DNA of 64,000 nt. Source: Lingula anatina. Taxonomy: Eukaryota; Animalia; Brachiopoda. Below are positions 1 through 10,800 of the stretch, piece after piece. A program made the position numbers and the translations under genes. The notes under the pieces were generated by a model. That model did not search any database. It was not told where the DNA came from and was given only the letters and a program-made list of their open reading frames with translations. The stretch spans positions 12,214,001 through 12,278,000 of the forward strand of contig CM120646.1 of the NCBI GenBank assembly GCA_051362555.1, read 5' to 3'. Position 1 is the stretch's first letter; each line of letters begins with the position of its first letter.

Positions 1-1386
1 TACGTACATTTGCATATTACATCTGTCCTTGATGCTTTATTATGTTTACACCTTGTTTATTCACATCATACAATATTACAGTACTTCTCATCCGTGCATT
101 TTCACTATCCTTACTCGCATAGTTATGTTATTATTTTTTATGTTTGTTATTTCAGGCAAATTCGGTCAACGAATGAACATGACACAGTCCGAATACGTCA
201 CCGAGGTGGACGAGTACTTTGCACTGCTGTTGAACAAATCCGTCGATGTCACCAACGTGATGTTTTTAACCGATGATATGGTGGAGGTACACTACAAACA
301 CCAATCTGAGTTTAATGAATGCTCCGATAAGACCAACGTCGTCATAGCCGCGTACACCACCGCCCACGCTCGTATGGTTCTTTACAGCGCCATAGAGGTC
401 CTGGATCGAAACGTTCTTTACTTTGACACGGACTCAATCATCTTCCTGGACGATGGCAGTGCACAAACCAACGCCTACCTAAATACCATCATGGGCAGCT
501 ACCTTGGCGACTTCACCGATGAGCTAGATGAGGGGGACCACATCACCACCTTCGTGTCGGGCGGGCCGAAAAACTACGCATACGTTACCGCAAAGGGAAA
601 GACAATTTGTAAAGTGAGGGGTATCTCACTGAATTATGAAACCTCACAAATAGTGAACTATGAGACTTTACGTAACATGGTACACGGTATAGGTCCGAAA
701 GAGGTGTCAACAACTACACATCATAAAATTGTGCGAGACACTCTGAATAAAGAACTGCTCTCTAAAAGGGAGGATAAAGTTTACCGGGTTGTGTACACTA
801 AACGTGTCATTCAGCAAGACTCATTTGATACACTACCATACGGCTATTAACTTTCATAAATTGCCGAGTAGTGTTGTTTATATATTTATCATTTTTCATT
901 TTGTTGTACATACATTGTTTTGCTGTTTTAATCTGTGCATGTAATTGATAGATTCACTATACTCACTTTGCACTGCATTATGCATAATTATTATCTTTTA
1001 GTAAATTAGACATTTATGTACATTGTTTTAATGTTTTAATGTGTATATACAACTGTTCACTATGATCAACTTACAATGCAATTATGTATTTCAATAAAAT
1101 CATGTTTTATTTACAAATTTACTTGTTTATCACTACATTGTGCCTTTTTCCTTAGTAATTCTTTAAAATCTCCTACATGCCCAGGCCCGTTCTGTGACGT
1201 CATCCGTTACCATAGTGAAACGTAAACAAAAATAGGGAGTCTCGTTTGTTTACATTAAAAAAATTGTTTGTTTATTTTGTAAACATCCCCATTGTCCGGT
1301 ATAGGTTTTTCATTGTTCAAATGATGTAACATAACAAAAGAAAAAAGTGGAATTCTTTTCTCCCGTATAGTACGGATGTAACTACT
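1..1386. mobile_element. Terminal part of a Polinton/Maverick element, truncated by the window start
   Basis: Contains the pPolB C-terminus. Ends in ...TCTCCCGTATAGTACGGATGTAACTACT at 1386; the reverse complement AGTAGTTACATCCGTACTATACGGGAGA starts with the AGTAGT repeat typical of Polinton termini. The next 6 bp (GGGACT, 1387-1392) would be the TSD. The opposite TIR is outside the window. Confidence 0.8.
156..850 (+). CDS. Protein-primed DNA polymerase B (pPolB) of a Polinton/Maverick, last exon
   Basis: Motifs GKFGQR (end of motif B), TNVVIAAYTTAHARMVLY, YFDTDSIIF (motif C), GPKNYAY, KVRGISLN, YTKR and C-terminal TLPYGY*. A strong acceptor ttattttttatgtttgttatttcag ends at 155. AATAAA at 1093-1098. 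Confidence 0.9.
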
Positions 1387-1828
1387 GGGACTATGATATT
1401 CAATTTTAATCAAAATTTTTTGAATGCATGGAAAAAGCTAAGTAAAAATTGGACATTTAAAGCGACTGAAATTCATTTTAACAGTTTATATCTAATAATT
1501 ATACACTTGTGCCAAATTTCTGTACGATAATAAGTCCACTGTAACTGATGTCTAAGTCTCTGCGGAGACGAAACGGAGGGGGTGCAATTAAAGTAGGCCT
1601 ATTAGAAGTAACGCTACGATAAGTTGCATAACAATAAAAAAATTAAAAAGTGGATATAGAATTTCAAAAATGTCTAGACATTAGCTGCCTAATACTATTC
1701 ACGACAATATTCCACCGATATTTCAACGGGAGTGAGGTCTTTAAAAAGACGTCGACTTCTTAACGTGCCCGGACACGCCGTACTTTCACGTGTACCGCTC
1801 TTATCACGCCGGCGTCAGAATAACGACC

Positions 1829-2367
1829 ATGTCACCGTGTAACGGCTGTCTTCCAGTTTTCCAGTACTGTGAGCCGGGTATTTTACGATGTGTGGACTGT
1901 AGTTTACCTTGTGGTGCCAAGGACAACCAGCTGTTGCAGTTTGACTGTATGCAACACTGTAAAGGTAGGTGACTATGTACGGCAAGCTCTGAGATGCCGC
2001 TCTGATGGCTTCCGCTGGGACAAACTGCTCACGCGCCATGGTTAGGCTATTGCAATCTGATGAAGTGATTTCGTCATCACCTCTGTATCATTGTAAAGAT
2101 GTCTTTATTGAAGTCATTAATTTTGTTTAATGAGAAGTGGTTTTTTGTTGGTCGAAATATAAAGGGGAATGGGGACTGACAGTAGGATGTAAACAAAAGC
2201 ACAGGGTCACGCGCAGGGTCGTGTTTATCCACGGAGTTGTCAGACTATATATTGATATGGGCGCAGTGCGAGCATGAGCAGTGATAGGGAGGTGACAAAT
2301 CATGATTACCCCGTAGAAGAGTTATCTAGCCAATCTGCCTACTGTATCATTCAGTAGATGACACCAG

Positions 2368-2400
<33 letters not shown>

Positions 2401-4361
2401 CTCGCATTGTTGGATTTTATATGATCGTATATTGTATGTGCCCCACTTTCTTGCCCTCCATATTTATTTACTTCGATAAAAATTGATATCAAAGAAATCT
2501 GCGATGCTAATTAACTGAAAAAATTGCTAGTTATCTGAAAAATAGTTGGTAACAAAAATAGACATGTCACAGTAGAAAATAAAAGACTCCCGCTGCATGT
2601 AGTCAGATTAGTCTCCATACCTAGGCCTACAACAGTGAAGACCGCTGTTTGCCAACAGCCAAAGTGATTCTTAAAGTCTACTTATTGTCACAGTCAAAAT
2701 TATTTGTCAACTAATGGCAAATATCAAAAAAAAAATTTACTTTGTTACACAATCATATTTAAGTATTAAACCAGTGACTAAGTCCTTTTCGAGATTTACC
2801 CAATTGTTATTGCCATATTTTTAATTTCTACAAAGAGCACAGAAGTGCCATATATTTTATCCCTGAACGAAATAAGGCTTTGATTTTCACTAAAAATAAA
2901 CGCTTTTTCTTCCCATGTTTATCATATGATACCAGAACAGAAAAATTAACCTCAAAGTAGTTTCTTTGCTTCAGAGGATGTGTATCGTTATTTTTATGAA
3001 AAAAATATTTCATAAAGAGTTTTCATAAAGATTATACTCTTTAATAATACCGTATACGGGAATAATTATTTCAAAAACTTGATGTCAAATCTCGCAGATT
3101 ATCCCAAATAACACTCGCCAATTTAGCCAAATGCTAAAACTGACTTAAATTGGCTAAAGAAAAAAAAAGGCTTGAATTGGCTAATTTTAGTCAAATTATA
3201 ACCATTTGGATAAAAAAAGTGGTGATTTGGCTAAGCAAAAATAAATAAATAATAAAAATAAAATAAATAATGAAAATTAAAAAAATAAATAATAAAAAAT
3301 AATAATAATAATAAACAAAAAATTGCTAGCGCTACCCCAGAGATGACAAAATTTGTCACTGTACATAAATCCATAGATTCCCCTTTAAAGAGACGTCGCC
3401 CCGGTTTCACAGAAATTTAAAAAAAAAATGGAATCCGCTTCCCTGATTAAGAACTTGGTTACCAACGTTACATGGTCACATGCACACATCTTACCCTATT
3501 AGGAACGGTGCTATACCACTTTCATGGATATCCTAGTCAACTAAGCCAGGGAACTAACTAATTTATTTCTGTGAAACCGGGACCTTTGTCTGCTTTTATA
3601 GGTTGTTAATTGAATGTCTATGCATTTTCAGCGTACAATGCCCTGCGACTAAGCACACGAGCGCCAGAGACCGGACCTAGCAAATATTCAGCTCGACCTC
3701 CCGACCTCGACCTCCCTGCTTCGACCACACCCATCCTTCTTCGAAACACAGATCGCCCTCTGCCGGTCATCCGTGGAGTAACATTTGCCGTGGTGGGCGC
3801 GGTCGCCTTAGCTGTGGTTTTTGCTCTCGTCAGTGTTGTCATCGCGGTTCTGCTTTGTAGACTGCGTAAGAGATATCGCAAGAGGAGTAAGTGGTCATCT
3901 TTATCGTCTGTCCGTCTTTTTCTCTCTCTCCCTTAGTGACAATGTGTAGGTAAATCATTTTATTGCTATTTAAAATTTAAATAATCACCTTGAGTCGAGG
4001 GGATTCTAGAAAATAAATGTTTTTCCAAGATGAAATAATAAGTCACTGCTATTTTACAGGAATGCAACGAGAGACTGAAGCCTGTGAACTAGCCGTGTTC
4101 GTGCCTGAACCTGCTATAGAGCCAGCTATGGATCCGCTGTGTATTGTGGATAAAAGCTTCGATGTCGGAATCCCGCTTGGCACTACAGAAGAGGGACCGT
4201 CTCAACCTTCCAGCTACGGTGGCGCCACCAGCCGGAATCATGATGACATGGCCACCACAGCGCTGCTCATTTGCCGGGATCTTAATGCCCATGGGGACTG
4301 TGGGAAGTGTGTGGTTCCTCCAGAGGAGGACACGGACACGAGGCTCAAAAGTTTTGGTTGA
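1829..4361 (+). CDS. Single-CRD TNF receptor superfamily-like membrane protein (Grindelwald/BCMA-TACI-like), 3 exons, 230 aa
   Basis: Exons 1829-1964, 3632-3886 and 4060-4361. Both introns are GT-AG and phase 1, giving a 693-nt open frame. Exon 1 has 8 Cys (CNGCLPVFQYCEPGILRCVDCSLPCGAKDNQLLQFDCMQHC). Exon 2 has a Pro/Ser/Thr stalk, the TM helix GVTFAVVGAVALAVVFALVSVVIAVLLC and a basic stop-transfer RLRKRYRKRR. Exon 3 is a cytoplasmic tail with TTEE and PEEDTD motifs. Confidence 0.75.
3400..3581. mobile_element. Small MITE-like element in intron 1 of the TNFR-like gene
   Basis: Perfect 17-bp terminal inverted repeat: CCCGGTTTCACAGAAAT (3400-3416) and ATTTCTGTGAAACCGGG (3565-3581). Confidence 0.55.
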
Positions 4362-5236
4362 GACCCACTGTGGACACTTTGCTGCCATCTTGTTTCATTA
4401 AAACTTGTCATAGACAACCGAGCTTTTGAAGCATAAATGTTTGTTACAAGCTTACAAACTCAAATCGCAAAGGCTTCGTATAGCAATATATCAATTTGCA
4501 AGTTAAGAAACTTGTATAAAAACAGTCTCAAAGGACGTCGTAAAAGCCAAAAACGAATAAATGTAGTGTGCATGAGAGTGAATGTGAACAATAATATGAT
4601 ATGATATCAGATATCAATAAACTTTTTTCTACCTTTGTCTGTGGGTGTTATCGATTAGCAGTACATTCTTTGATTTTACAGAAAAAAAAAAACTTCTCTT
4701 TCTATGTGTTTCTAGTCGTCTCTGGCATGTGTGGCTACTCAAACGTGTTTATTCGAATCGTCACCCACTCTACTTTTGATCCACATAAATGGCTGTTGGA
4801 TGAATGTGGTATTAGAATGCCACCGATTTCCAAACGCAGCTCTTTTATCACCTTAATGTGCGTACTTTCAAAATTTCAGCAAGATCACACACATGCATGA
4901 ATCTGAGTGATTTTCAGTGTTGAAGTAGACACCACATTAAAATTATAACTTTCAAGGCAAGACTGACTACTAACCACCTGACATGATTATAAAACCTCTA
5001 CTAGGGCTAAATGTATACTGCACGCGCCATTTATCCGTTAGGTAGTTTCACATCATGAAAACGTATCAAAGCAACTCGATTAGATTTCTCTTTACATTTT
5101 TTATTGTTGACAGATACTGATCATGATTCCAGTCACTGTTGTTTATTAAATGTACAAACAAATCAATGCATTGTTTAATGCCAGGTGTTTTTTTCCAGGT
5201 GTTCTGGTAAATATATCATGTTGCCATGGTAACAGT

Positions 5237-6665
5237 TTATGCCTCATCCTTGGTTACTCTGGTGTATATAAGTTGACTGGAGTGTTTCACAACAAGCTTG
5301 ATTAGGCCTGGAATGCACAAAAATGATAAATATATTAGCCAACATGGAAATCAAAAATATATAATGTAAGTTATTTATAGCAGCATAAAAGCGTTTTCAT
5401 CTTCTCTTTAAAAAATGATATTGTTTTCTAGTATGTTTTAACCTTCTTTAAAACTTTTAACTTTTTAAAAATCCGATTTCACAACAGTTCTTTTGAATTG
5501 CAAATAGAAAGAATTCCAACATATCTCCCCCCTCTCTGGCCCCCGCCATATTTTCCTACCTTTCTGTTGTAATTCTGAAAGAGCAGCTCTGGCCAGAGAG
5601 CCTCTGATCTTCAGCCTCTCAGAGACCACAGATGGTGTGATCAATTTGTAGCTGGGTACTTCTTTGTACAGTTTATCATAAGTGCTTTGATCAAAGAGAA
5701 CGAGATTGTTCAATTTGTCTCGCACTTTTCCCTTAGACCACTTCTGCAAAGCAAAATGATTTACAATGTGTTTAATAGTGATATTTACCATTGCCAGTTC
5801 TTAGGAAAGTAATAAAATTATATTTCATAATCTCAACTTAACAAAACACTAGTTTTTCTGAAGCATTGTGTGTTTAGTTATTTGAAAATGCAAAGCGAAA
5901 AATACTCACACCCTTTGAGGATTTGATACCTCCCACTCTTAAAAACAAGCTCATTTTATGTACACCTCAAATTTACAATAGAAAATTTCGACTTAAAATT
6001 TAATATTTGTTTTTTCAAGAATAGGATGAATGAACTCATTTAAATGCATGGGTATATAAATGCTGGGTGTTAATTTTCATATGTTACAATAGAATTACCT
6101 TCTTCTTGGCCTTGCCACCTCCACTTCCTTCCTTCTTTTTGGCTGGGGCCTTGCCGCCCTTGGCTGATTTGCCTGCATCCTTCCCTTTAGGAGGCTGAAA
6201 TCAATGCAGTTTACATGAACATACAGGATTTGTAATGAGGTAATTAATACATTAAAGGGTGTACGGTTTTCTCAGTTGAGATATCAGTGGTCTAAAAAGT
6301 TGATAACTGAAATGACTTCCTAACAAAGTTTCTACATTACAAGCATCGCGTGCAGTTTTCCAGTTAATCGTCATTTGTCTATTTATCAATACACAGCATA
6401 CGTGAGGCTACATACAGACTAGTTTCTATTTGTTTTCGGAAAACATAAAAACATGTACTACAGTAACAGATTTCGCAAATTTCTTAGAATATCGAACCAT
6501 GTGAAACAATGTTTTAAATACTCCAAGCAAATATAAGCACTTGATTTTAACTTAAGTGGCTAAAACTGCTTTTTAAATAGGAACTTAAATATTAATTCAA
6601 TACACTGAAAACAAGGGGGTCAAGAAAAGGGCAATTTTGTAGCGAGCCCATAAAGTACACACCAT
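5237..6665 (-). CDS. RPS25: 40S ribosomal protein S25 (eS25), 4 exons, 117 aa
   Basis: Exons 6665-6663 (ATG only), 6194-6099 (PPKGKDAGK...GGGKAKKK), 5743-5560 ([18 protein letters not shown]...[21 protein letters not shown]) and 5307-5237 ([23 protein letters not shown]). All introns GT-AG with consistent phases. Poly(A) signal near 5142-5147 (-). Confidence 0.97.
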
Positions 6666-6683
6666 GCTGGTCAAATATGGCTA

Positions 6684-6696
6684 CCGGAAAAGGCAG
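6684..6696 (-). promoter_or_regulatory. TCT-type initiator / 5'TOP pyrimidine tract of RPS25
   Basis: The minus strand reads TGCCTTTTCCGG about 25 nt upstream of the RPS25 ATG, as is typical of ribosomal protein gene start sites. Confidence 0.65.
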
Positions 6697-7872
6697 AACT
6701 CTTTTCAAGCACTCGGGACAACCCGTTCCGGTTAAAATCTCAACTGATGCATTCCAGCGCAATCATGAAGTATCCAGTGTCCAGTATCAGTCTTGCATTT
6801 CTGATGCGTAAACATGCTTTTGGTGGCCAAATTACTATTTTTGAATTAATTTTAAGCTAGGATAGAAGATAAACTTGTTTATGTATTTTGGGTCCCAGAT
6901 TTAAATATACCTTTCTGGTTTTTGAAAATATACCAGTCACATTTTCTACTATATACAGACTCTACATATATTGCAAAACCCTCCCTTTCCCAATTCAATT
7001 GTTAGAATGATAAAAGCTCTGAAAAAAAAAAGTAGAATACATCGAAATTACTTATTGAAATGAATGAGAAATAGATTAAGGGGATAGCTACACATAAGTA
7101 AATTATCCATTTCGAAATGGTGTGAAACGTTGAGGACAGGTACAGTAGATGAATGAATTTGTGAAAAATATTCAGGATCTTTTGAGGAACAATTAGATTT
7201 TGCAGGAAAATCCTGCAGTAAAAATTGACAGTGATGTTGGCCATTTGTGTCATTTTGGTAAACGTAGAAACAAATTAGACATGCCTCCTTTCATTTAGAA
7301 TGTAAATATGTTGTGTAGCATACTGTAGATATTAAATGGTGTTTGTTAACCTACATTTGGTAGGTGACAAATTTTAAATGTGTCCTTTTTGTTAGTTTGT
7401 TATTATTCCCCCTCCCCCCCCTTTTTTTAAATTTATTATTGTGTTATAAAAGTTCTAAAGTAAGGATAGGTTAATTGTTAAGAGAGTTATTATTTATAAC
7501 TTTTACATTAATTATTGCAAACTGCATCGGTTATACTGGTAAATCCAACTTTTAAGACAGGCAAAAAAAAAAAAAAAAAAATGTTGACATGTCCAGAACT
7601 CTTTAAAACTATAGTCAAAGAAGAGAGAAATCAGAAAATATTTATCCATTTACATAACATTCAAATGCACCAAGTTCAAAAATCATTACGATAAGAAATG
7701 GAAATTTTTATTTATCAAAAAAAAAAAAACTCAAAATTCATATTAAATAAAATTATAACAGTATTCAATACTCTACACAATTTACTTTTCAGTATTCTAA
7801 AAAATCATAACTATATTCTTAAAAAAAAAAGAAAAAAGATTACGAAGAGAAAACAAATATACGTCTATGAGA

Positions 7873-10800
7873 TTACTCTCCTTCATCCCCTCCCTCATTC
7901 ACTTTCTTCTTTGGTCGCAGATGATGTGGTGCAATGTTAAATGGGTTTAGAGAAAACAATGGAGACTGTGAGGGAAAATCTTGAGCATTACTGTCATCCC
8001 AAGTCCTCTTCATATGAGGTATAAATGTCGAGTCCACTACAACAGTTGTGCTCCTGTCACGTCTGACTCTTGACTTTTTTGGTGGTCTGCCTCTTTTTCG
8101 TTTTTCTGGTATAGGAACTGGAGGTACATCATTCGAGTCTTTTCCATTTGCCATTGTGATCTGATCATTTACAATTTGCTGACTGTTTGACTGACTACTG
8201 TCTGGCACAGGGTTATTATCTGCTGAAAGAGTGTGTTGTGTCCCACTTGTGCCTGGCACTGGAGCATTAGACAATCCCGTTTCTGTCTGCTTAGACTTGA
8301 GTAATTCTACAATTGAAGAACGAGGTTGTTTACAACACGATGGATACTTGTACATTCAAGTCTCTGAATGCTAGATACTTACTAGCATTCAGAGACTATC
8401 TACAGTAATCCTAAAATACCCTTGCTACACATCTATTCCAAACAGAACATTACTGTTACAGTAGATACTTGTATGAAAGAGAAGAACAAAACAACATTAA
8501 TCCAACTGCATGGGGATTGGAAGGTGACTCATATATAAATGTCTATCAAGTCTAGGTTTTTACAAGTTACTAATTTCATACCATCGTCATCCATTGCTTT
8601 CCATGTGGCATCACAGGTCTTCTTTCTGTCATGTATGTCTACTCTTAAGTGAAGCAGTTCATACTTTTGCTTCATCAACTCCCTCTGTTCTTCCAGATCA
8701 GATTCTTTCAGCACCCCTGCTAAATTCTGTAACAAGTCCAGGACTAAGGCAGAGTCTGAAAGCATAAAATTAGATCACAATTTAAATCAATATTACTTTG
8801 GGGTTACACTAAAACATTTCGGGGGTATGGGTTCCAGTCAGTGTTTGCCTCCTAGGAAAATTAGTTGCTGGACCAAAAGTTCAGCCATCTTGAAAAGTAG
8901 CTGGGTCGAATGTCTGCCGGGTGGGAAAACATCTCAGCCCGTTCTGAAAGTTGTTGGCCCCAGGCAGACGGTCCAGGGTTAATTTCTAACACTTGTGAAA
9001 ATAGAATCATAAGTCAAAGAGTATGCTGAATAAAAATGTATGGAATAATTCCCCATGCTCTTGGTTTCAGTAGAGTAAAGAATGGTCATCTACACATCTG
9101 TTCATATGGTATTTTCTTTGGTTTAAAATTATAAAACTGTTCAGTGATAGCTAGTAACTAAGAATAAAAAAATTACTGTGGACAAAGGCAATTGTATTTT
9201 ACTTTCATTGTGTGTGTGTGTGTGTTTGTGTGCACGTGCACATGTGAACTTACCCAAAGGACTGAGATCTGGAGGGTCTTCACCTTTTAAAGCAGCCACT
9301 ATGTACCTATAAATCTCTTGATAATTTGGATCATATCTGGATTTAGGCAGTCGATGGGGCTCAAGATTCCCTGCTATAGACATGACCTGGAAAATAAAAA
9401 CATACACTGTGAAATGCAATCAGTATGAACTTAGTATTTAATCTTATCCCTACCCAACACCCCAATTGTTACACAAGAGAATGGTTTTCTAACAACAACT
9501 GCCGTTACTCAAATAGTCCTTTATAATAGATCATGATGATGTAGGGTTTTTTATATAAATTAACTAATTAAAGTACCATGGAGATGTTTTCTCTTCAGCT
9601 GTATTCAAAATTTATTCTCTTAGACCAGAAATAATCCATAAATAAACCATCCAATGACCAGTACGGTACAGTACCCAGTTAAACAAACTGTCATTACAGT
9701 GTACTTTGCTCAATTTCTGAACACTTGTTAGCTTATAAATCTTTCTGTTCTAAGATGCAGCTTGTATGACTGTTTTGAGATTTTTTTCTGGAATAGTTCT
9801 AGGACAAATTTTAGGGCAAATTTCAGCTCACGCCAGCAGATACAGTTTCAGACTCTCAATACACATTGCATCTGAAACATGAATTTAGCCACTGAGCGAG
9901 AACAACAAATTATTTTCCAAAATCAGATGATTGTTTTTGAAAAGCAGGCTCAGGTCCCTAGTGTTTTTCTCACCTTTGCTAAATCATAGGAATGATCCTG
10001 GTCATAAGACACGAGATTTTCTGCAACACGCAGCCATACCTGGGGTCAGAAAAATATCACATAATTACCCAAATTACTTACATTAACTTAGTGGACTATA
10101 CCACAGGTTATGACCAAAAGCCCTTACCTACTGATACGCAAATCTAAATAAGTGGGGCATGACAGTTCCAATGACAGTAATACTCTATCATTAACATCAT
10201 GCTACTGTCATTACAACACCATTTACAGTTCCTAGGACAAGTCTAACAGACATCTTACATCAATTAGCCATACATTTCTGTAACTCATAATGTTCCCAGC
10301 AATGTCCAAAAATAACCTAACCAAAAATAATATTTGGTAAGCAGATCAAACTGTTGGACCCCCCCCCCTCCCCCCAAGTGCGGTATAAAATGTGCCACAC
10401 CATGGAAAAAAAGATGGGCAAATGGCAGATTCTACTTACCGCAATAGGAGCCATGATCTTGTTCTTTATCGTCTCTGCAGGAGCTTGGTAACAAGAAAGA
10501 AAAGAAGAAATCTTTAGTACACACTAAAAGATGCTCCATTCAGGGTACACTCAAATATACTGGAGTCAAAAGACATACATAAAAAAATTAAAAAAATAAA
10601 TAAATAAAAAAAAAAAAAAAAAAAAACAAAACAAAAAAACAAAAACAAATAATTTTCCTGAAAATTGTTGCAATTTTACCTTTAGGCATACTCTATCCTA
10701 AACCATATGAAAATTACAGTCTTTAAGCCTGTTTTTGAGCTATTTATTTCTAAAGCATTCTTTCTGTCAGAAAGCAAATTCACCAGTCTCCATGCATCTC

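Noticed and set aside
10-276. ORF 10..276 and the N-terminal 42 aa of ORF 29..850
   Set aside because: Translation of AT-rich intron-like sequence and of an alternate frame; no polymerase motifs.
2320-2349. Alternative Maverick terminus (...CAATCTGCCTACT at 2343), which would put the TNFR exon 1 inside the element
   Set aside because: The ACTACT end at 1386 with CCCGTATAGTACGGA fits Polinton termini much better, and 2343 lies inside a phase-consistent intron of the receptor gene.
5744-6662. Intronic snoRNAs in RPS25 introns
   Set aside because: No convincing box C (RUGAUGA) plus box D pair with a terminal stem could be seen. H/ACA RNAs cannot be excluded by eye.
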